Origin: an uncultured Pseudomonadales bacterium
GTDB lineage: Bacteria > Patescibacteriota > Microgenomatia > UBA1400 > PJMF01
Length of the DNA stretch: 64,000 bases
NCBI GenBank assembly: GCA_964648715.1
Contig: CAZYNM010000002.1
Location: 25,056-89,055 of the forward strand
Direction: 5' to 3'
Position numbers and translations under genes: made by a program. Within the stretch, counting starts at the first letter, position 1; the number at the start of each line of letters is the position of its first letter. This document shows, one piece after another, positions 50,401-59,400 of this stretch. The notes under the pieces are model-generated. The model made no database searches, was not told the origin of the DNA, and saw only the letters and a list, made by a program, of their open reading frames with translations.

Positions 50401-53400
50401 TGCCATTTAGTTCCAATTCAGCTGTTCCTGATGAGGCACTAGTACCCCCAACTCTCCAGCGGAATGTAGAAGCACTCCAGTTGGTAAGGGTACTTGACTC
50501 GATACCAGTTCCATAGTTGGTAGAGTACCAGTAAATCTTATCTGTGACTTCATCTGCAAAATCAATTTGAACGCCTGTCCCTCCGGTAATATCGGCTCCT
50601 GAGACATCGACACCACTACTCACATCAAGGTTGCCAGTGATGTTTGTATTGCCATTAACATCGAGCTTGGCTATAGGTGCAATACTTCCTATTCCTATGT
50701 TCCCGTTGTTGAGGAGGGTAAGTTTGGCGGCAAGACCATTATCACCACCCGGTGAGGTTTGGAAGTCAAGTCTTCCACCATTGAGCATATCAATTGTACT
50801 GATGGTGGTGTTACGTAGTACTAGTGAGCCAGAAGCAGATGCATCGCCAGCCACATCAAGTTTGGCATTTGCGATGGTCGTGCCAATTCCCACATTTCCG
50901 GCAGTATCTATTCTCATTCGCTCAACACCATCTGTGCCGGCATTTGTGTAGAACTGAATGCCAGAGGCACTATTCGTTCTTGAAGACAATATGAGATGAC
51001 CGGTACTATCAACAATAATTTGTGCAGGCAGGACGTTGTCTACGACGCCTGTTGCATGTCCATAGCCAATCTTAAGACGTTCAGATGTATCCCCAATACC
51101 CACATAGTTTTCGGTATTGCTACTACCTGCCACGGTGAGCTTCTGTGAGGCAGTCGTGGTGCCAATTCCCACACTACCGGCAAATAATCCAGATGTACTT
51201 GTAAGGCCAGGCTCAATGTAGTAATTTTGACTATCAATATCAATGTAGCGTTTGGCATAGACATATCCAGACAAGTTTGAACCACCATTGCCACTACCTG
51301 TTACCCTAAAGGTTGCAGCGACGGTTGATGTTCCACCAATGGCTAAGTCACTGACAGCTCCATATTCATTCCGTGGGTGTAGAACATTTTCTGTGTTATC
51401 CCACCACCCAGAATCAAGGAGTGTCTCAGGGTTTATCCATGAAGTACCGGTTCCAGTAGAAGTGAAGATGTATCCGTTTGATCCTGGACTATTTGATGCA
51501 TCGTAGAGTGCCCCCGTAATACGAGCATTACCCGCTACATGTAAGCCCTGAGTAGGGGCAGTAGTGCCTATACCAACACTTCCCATAAACCAGTTAGTGC
51601 CAGTTCCACCAAAAGTTGCATGAGCATTGCCGCCATTATTGATTTCGCTCCCACTCATGCTCTTGGTAGCCCAGTCAACTACAGAGAAAGTGCCACGATG
51701 TCCTTCACCGTGACCAGAAAGAACTTCCATGACCGTTACTTCAACAGAATCATCAAAGTTTCCTGCGGCAGCAGCGCGGTCATCATCGGTGAGCGTCCAT
51801 TGAATTTCTAAGTTAGCACCCGAGTTAGTAACTTCGTATGCACGAACTTTCTTGGTACCAGAAATACGTTGCATGGTATATGCATACCCATTGCTGTTGT
51901 ATTGTGCCTGGGTACCAAAGTACCATACTTCATCGAGTTGGATGTTTGAGTCGTCTCTGGCTTTAAAGTAGATCATGAATGAAGCAGTCCCATACCCACC
52001 TCCTGTACTATCTGCGTACTTCAAAACCATTGGTGCATTGGCTACGTTGTAGGTTTGTGGTCCATACTTGTAACGCATCAATTGAGTCCCTGCTACTTCA
52101 AATGCAGGGAGTGTAGTTCCTGCTATTTCCAACACTGAACTTGGTGTCGTTGTTCCAATTCCCACGTTGCCTCCACTTGGCTGAATATTGACGTAGGAAC
52201 TGGTTCGTGTCGTGTGGCTTGTACCTTGAATGACCAGATCCCCATCGGATCCTGATGATCCATTCAGTGTGCCTCCAGTTGCACTTGCACCAAGAGTGAT
52301 AACAGCACTGTTACCCAAGTTGAGTGCTGTTGTGGAAGTCATACCCAAAGTTGCATTCGTAGTAAAGGTTGCTAGTGAAGAAGCGGTGATGGTGCTAGTT
52401 CCTGATAATGTCGTGGTGCTATTGCTTAATGTAGTCGTTGATCCAAGGGTCAGACGAGTTGCATCTCCAGAGTCAGTGATGAGATTCCCTCGTACACGCA
52501 GGTTACCACTAATATCTAGCGATTGAGCAGGCGTTGTAATATTACCAATACCTATGTTCCCATTACTTGCAATAAATATTCTTGAGGTAAGACCAGCATT
52601 GCCCCCGGGACTTTGACGTATATTAAGTGTGCCATCATCCAGAATATCAAGTGTAGAGCCAGGAGTTGATCCAGTTGGTACGGTGAGTGCAAGGTTACCA
52701 GAAATCGAAGCTGTGGGTGAACCAGCTGCAATATTTGTAAATGCAAACTTGGCTGATGCAGTTGATGTTCCGCCAATAAGCACGTCAGCGACACTTGCAA
52801 ACTCATTACGAGGGTGGAATGCGTTTTGGTTGTTTTGCCACAAGCCAGCGTTACTACAGTTGCCAGAAAGGTCACATACTTGGTAGTTGCCCTGATATAA
52901 GGCAGTACCATAAATGTTGTTCCAACGAAGTGAGTTTGAACCCAGGTTGTAGGTAGTCGTGGCAGATGGTCCCACATCACCGCCAACTTGAAGTTTAAAC
53001 GAAGATGCAGAGCCATCATTAATACCTACATTTCCTGCTGCATCAACATAGATGCGTTGGGTGTTGTTGCTGATGATGCCAAAACTATGGTTGGATTCAG
53101 TTCCTGCATACCCAAAAGTATCAAGGGCCTGCAATTTAGTAATAACATTGTTCGTGCTATCTTGTGCGCGTAGGTATGGATTGGTGGGACCAAATGAGCG
53201 TATGGAAGCAGTGCCTGTACTTTGAACATCGAGTGTTTGGCCGGGTGAATTGGTCCCTACACCTATACTGCCTCCAGAAGAAATGAGTGTGGGAGTAGCG
53301 GTGCCAGAAGTATTGATTGCTACGGTTCCTGTTGCTCCAGATAGGCCACCAATCACGATACCGCCACTGGCACCATAGATATCGGGGGTTGTGTAACCAG

Positions 53401-56400
53401 TGCCAGCACTCCTATTTAAGATCAAGGAATGAAGATTAGAGGCAGCAGCATTTTCAGAAAGATAATAGGTGCCACTACCATCCAGACTTACTCTGTTGCC
53501 GGTACTATTGAGTGTTAAGTAACCATTTGTGTCAGTGCTAACGTTGGCATATACAGCACCACTGTAATTTAAGCGCAACTGGGTACCTGTTGATTCAATG
53601 GTTGTTCGAGCATTAGATGTAGTTGTGGTACCTATACCTACGTTTCCTGCTAGAACTCCTGCCGTTGTAGTGTTACCAGGTTCAACGTAGTAGTTGGCGT
53701 CCTCTACGTCAAGGTAGCGACGGGCATAGGTGTAGCCGCTCAAGTTTGTTGTCCCATTGCCTTTGCCTGTAACTCGGAATCCAGCAGATGCGGTAGATGT
53801 ACCACCCACAGTCACGTCTACAACTTCTCCCCATTCATTACGAGGATGATAGACGTTATCTGTGCGGGCCCATAGACCTGAAGTGGTACAGTTGCCTGAG
53901 CTGTCGCAAACATCATTCCCAGCTTGTTTAAAGGATGTTGCATACACAGTAGCCCATCGAAGTGCATTAGAACCTAAATCATAGCTATTGTTTGTTTGCG
54001 GACCAATGGATCCATTCACTTGGAGCTTGAAAGTTGAGGGATTCGTTGTCCCTATACCCACATTGCCCAAGTTACTGACGCGCACCTGTTCTGTTCCTCC
54101 AGTCGATATAGCGAAGTTACCAGAGGAGGGCAGGAAACTGCCCGTTGTTGCATCACTCGAGAAGGTTTGTGCCGGTGAACCCGCGTTGCCATTGGCTGTT
54201 TGAAGTATTCTGCCTGAAGTGAGAACTGTTGTTCCACCAATTGCAAAGTTATCACCGGTAGCGATGGACAGAGTGTCGGTACCGCTTCGGTAGAGATCAA
54301 CGTCACTTCCAAAACCGATGCCACCTGTTACAGCAGTGTGGTCGGCGAGTTCAATCTTGTTGTTAATGGTGCTCGTGCCAAATCCAATGTTGCCAGCGAA
54401 GTATGATGGAGTATTTGTACCTGCTGAGTAAATTGCATAATCTAATGAAGATCCTTTGGCTAATGAGTCAATATAAATACCGTAATTGTTTGTGATGGCT
54501 CCTGCACCTGTGGGATCAGTGATTCTTATCCCATAAACATCAGTGATGGTTGCACCAGAACCAACAGCCAAGGACTCATAATATGCATGGTATGAACTGT
54601 TGGTATTATTGACTGTTGCCTGGGAATTAACTCCGTATACTGTAGTGGAGCTATCAGTGAAAGTTGGCGATGAATAGATACCAACTCTACTTAAATAGCC
54701 TGCGCTGCCTGCTGCGATTCTTGATGCAGCATTATTGGCAAGAAATGAGCCTGTAATAGTAAGTTGTTGAGAAGGGGTTGCGCCAATTCCCACACTACCT
54801 GCAAATACACCAGCAGTTCCAGTATTACCCGGCTCAACGTAATAGTTAGTGTCATCAATATCAAGATAGCGTTTTGCATACACATATCCAGGCAGATTTG
54901 TTGTACCATTTCCTTGACCAGTCACTCTGAACTCAGCAGAGAGAGTAGCTGTTCCTCCAATGAGTAAGTCTGCAACCTGTCCAAACTCATTGCGAGGGTG
55001 GAGTGCATTTTGATTGTTTTGCCATAAACCAGCGTTACTACAGTTGCCTGAGCTGTCACACACTTGATAGGCAGTCCCTGATTGGTACTGGTACACTGAA
55101 GCACCATAGATAGAACCATCTGCTTCTATGTTACTCTGTACATACAGATCAGCACCAGCGGTAGGGTTGGTAAACGTAAATCCAGTTGTGGCTACGTAGG
55201 TATCACCAGCCACCTGCAATCTCCCGTTACTTGTTGTGGTGGTACCTATGGAAATGTTTCCAGCACCATCTATACGCATTCGTTCGGTGAGAGCTGTGTT
55301 GTTACTGGTATATAGACCTAAAGTATCAGCAGCTGCATAGCCAACAGCAGCACCATCTGCAGCAAGTGTAGATGCACCACCTGGACCAAAAGAGATTGCA
55401 GCTTGTCCACTTCCAGCACCGTCTCTCCCAATCTGGAAACGAGGGTTGGCCTCTGCCTGGTAGTATTCGGCAAATGCGCCATTTGCGAACCTAAAGTTTC
55501 CACTTGATACATCAAAAACTTGTAGTTTGGCGAGTGGTGCAGTAGTTCCAACACCAAGATTTCCGTTAGAAAGGAGAGATACCTTTGCGGCAAGACCATT
55601 GTCACCACCCGGTGAGGTCTGGAAGTCAAGTCTTCCACCATTGAGCATATCAATTGTACTGAATGTAGTACTGCGTAGTACCAATGAGCCAGAAGCAGAT
55701 GCATCACCTGCCACATCAAGCTTGGCACGAACATTTGCAGCAGTAACACCTATACCTAGATTGCCAGCGGCATTGCCACCTGTAAGGGTCATGCCTACTG
55801 CATTGTTGGTGACAAAGTTGATGCTGCCAAAAAGTCCTCCAGCGGCGGTGTAGTTATTTACGATATTTGTATCAATATATGTGCCATAGCGGAAGGGCGA
55901 GGTACTACTATTGTTTTGTTCAAAATCACTGGTATTTGTCCCCGCAGTTACTCTACTAATAGTACTACCACCACCGTTCACAGGTGCACTCTGGATGTTT
56001 GAGAGTACTAAGTTTGTGCCTGTTGCAAGTGAATCATAGACATTGAGTCGAGCGCCAGGACTCGTACTGTTGATACCAATATTGCCGTTATTACTAATGT
56101 AGAGACGTGAGTTTGTTACTGCATCTCCACCAACCGATGTCCGGAAGTTAATACTGCCACCATTAAATGCAGTGTACGTTGTAGTGGGGTTAGAGCCTGT
56201 TGGAGAAGCGATGGCCAAGTTGCCTGATATACTAGCCGTTGGTGTTCCACTCATGACGTTCATGAATGCAAACTTTGCTGATGTTGTTGCATTTCCACCA
56301 ATCAGCACATCAGAGTTGTTTGTATAGGGAGAGGAAGGAGAAATAGCACCATTAACGTACTGCCAGAAATTGCCTATAGCAGAACAATTGCCAGACGTAT

Positions 56401-59400
56401 CACAGACTTGGTTATTTCCTTGGTAGATGGTTGTGCCATAAATATTGTTCCATCTCAGGGCATTTGATCCAAGGTCATAGGTGGCGCTTGCTTGTGGTCC
56501 AACACCCCCCTGCACTTGTACTTTGAAACCTGTAGCAGCTGTGGTGCCAATTCCCAAATTGCCTCCAGCTGAAACAAGTGTTGAGGTTCCGCTTGATGTG
56601 TTGAGAACATTATTGCCCGCACCGGTGGTAACAGAGTCATAAAAGTAAAAGCCAGAAGTTGCATCGGTATCGACATGCGCATACGTCGCATTCTGTGCAC
56701 CAATACGGACAAACTTTCCAGAAGATACTAAGTTCAGTGGATACTGTGATGTGGCACCTAAGTCGACATGAAGCGCATAGGCTGGTGCAGTCGTCCCAAT
56801 ACCAACACTTCCTCCAACTTGTCTGATGGCTGTTGCACTATAGTACGCAGTAGGAGCAGCAACACTTGAAGTAGAGGTTGATGCAGTAAAGCTATCTGTG
56901 TGGATGCCTTCTTGTCTAATGACAACATACGCTGTGCCAGCTGTGGAACCTGCCGTGCGGCGTATTCTCAAAGATGTAGTCCCGTTATTGACGTTTACAT
57001 CAAGATCAAAATCATTTGATGAGTACACACCTGTGTCACTGATAGGTTGTGCAATCACCCAGGTATTAGTTGTTTCGTTATATGCAATAGGGATGTTGTA
57101 TTCTTTTGCTACAGAAAACGAGCCGCTTGGTACCGTGATTGAAACCCAGAGAGAAGCCCCACCATTTGTAAAGCTAAAAGAACCAATGTCTACAACATCA
57201 TTCACCACTGTTGGCATGGTGCGAGTCATAGTCCGGGTTCGAGCATTGTTCTGTAGAATATCGCCCGCGACTTGGAGTGTTTCTGTAGGGTTAATGGTCC
57301 CTATGCCAAAATTACCATTACTAAGTAACGTTAGTTTACTCACCAGGCCAGCGTCACCACCAGGTGATGTTTGAATGTCGAGGCGGTTACCGTTGAGGAT
57401 ATCAATTGTTGATGGGTTGGTGCCTCTTAACACAAGAGAGCCAGAAGCGGATGCATCTCCTATAACATCAAGCTTCGCTCTGGAGACTGTAGTACCAATA
57501 CCAACGTTCCCTTCTACAAGTAGTCCTTGAGTAGGAGGAGTAGTTGTTAGGTATGTTCCAGATCCAATTCCAACACCTCCCGCAGCATTGATTGCCATTC
57601 GTACATTACTATACCCGCTGGTATAAAAGCGTAGATTGGTTGCTTGATCGGTCCCCATTTCGAATACACCAGAGTTTCTGGGGAAGTAAGAGAAAATTGG
57701 ATTGGTGGTACTGTAGGTATCATTGTAGATTTGGGCGGCATAGGGTGTTTCACTGGGTGCATGAATGCCCAGTGCAGTAACAGATCCGGTAGCTTTTACT
57801 TCTAGTGTATGGGTGGGAATCGTCGTTCCTATACCAATATTGCCGTTATTATTGATGTAGAGACGTGAGTTTGTTACTGCATCACCACCAACTGATGTGC
57901 GGAAGTTAAAGGTACCGCCATTATAGGCAGTGAACGTAGTAGCAGGATTGGAACCAGTTGGAGACGCAATAGCAAGGGTACCTGAGATGGAGGCAGTGGG
58001 TGTGCCACTATTTACATTGATAAAAGCGAACTTTGCTGCACTTGTTGCATTGCTACCTAAGAGGAGATCTGCTACACCCGCATATTCAGCTCTTGGGTGT
58101 AGCGCGTTCTGAGTATTATCCCACCACCCAATGTCATACAGAGTATTCCCATCTACCCATTGGGTGGCACTACCGGTGCTTTTGAGCACATACCCATTTG
58201 TTCCGACTGAGTTGGTGCTGTCATACAATCCACCTACTAGACGCATATTGTTCTGGACATGCAGAGACTGAGTAGGGCCAGTTGTTCCTATGCCCAAGCT
58301 TCCTTCAAAAATCGCATTGTTTGCGCCCGGATTAGTTGAGTAGTAGGTACTTCCAAAAGAAAGCCCTCCGGCTGCACTTATCTGCATTCTGTTTGTATTG
58401 TTGGTATAGAAGCGCAATGGGGAGTTTGAACTTAAACCAAGATATCCATCAGAGGAAGTTACACCCTGCTCAAGTGTATGGGTGGTATTAGTAACTGTTT
58501 CTTGTACCGTTCCCGAAGTCCCGTAGAGAACGAGCTTTGTGTTGGGATTTGTGGTGCCCAATCCAAGATTACCGTTATTTAGTATCGAAACTTTACTCGC
58601 AAGGCCCGCATCGCCCCCTGGGGAGGTATTGATATCAAGCCGCTGCCCATCAAGTACATCGATTGAAGAAGTTCCTGTTCTGAGTACAAAACTTCCAGAT
58701 ACAGATGCGTCTCCTGCTGCATCAAGAGTAGCTCTTGTACTCGTTGTTCCAATGCCGATATTGCCCGTGGCAGAAATAACACCCAAGGTACTTCCTGCGC
58801 TTGATTGCCATTTAACAATATCCGCTGTCGCGCTGGGGCCAGCTTTGAGGGTGAGGGCAGTGCCTCCAGCATAGGTTGCAGATAGCGTCGCTCCTGGTGC
58901 ACCGATATAATCTCGAGCAATGATTTGTCCGAGACCGTCTGGGTCAAGCACAATGTTGCCGTTTGATCCAGATGTCGTCTGCAGGTTGAGCGTCGTTCCC
59001 TCGAGAGTGAGCGAAGTGCTAGAAGCCTTTAATTTGGGCGTTGCTCCACCGAGTACTACCTCACCACTGTTATTCATAACAACCACCGTATTTGCGGTGG
59101 CGGGGTCTGCAGGTGGAAATCCTTGAAGTGTTTCAGAGTTGAGTGCGTATGCGACACTTTTAATGCTTTGACGGGGAGAGAGAGTCTCAGCACCTACTTC
59201 AACCTGTAACCATACGTTTGCATTCTCACTAAAGACGCTGGAGGCAATCTCTGTTCCACAATCTGAGCCAAGACCGGAAGAAAAAATGCCGTCTTGGTCG
59301 GGCGTAATGCTGCATGTGCCAGAATCCCATAACTGTGTGCCGCTTCCAGTCCCGGGACCTGAATCATAGAGACGGAACCTAAAGTTTGTAGCTGCTGTGA

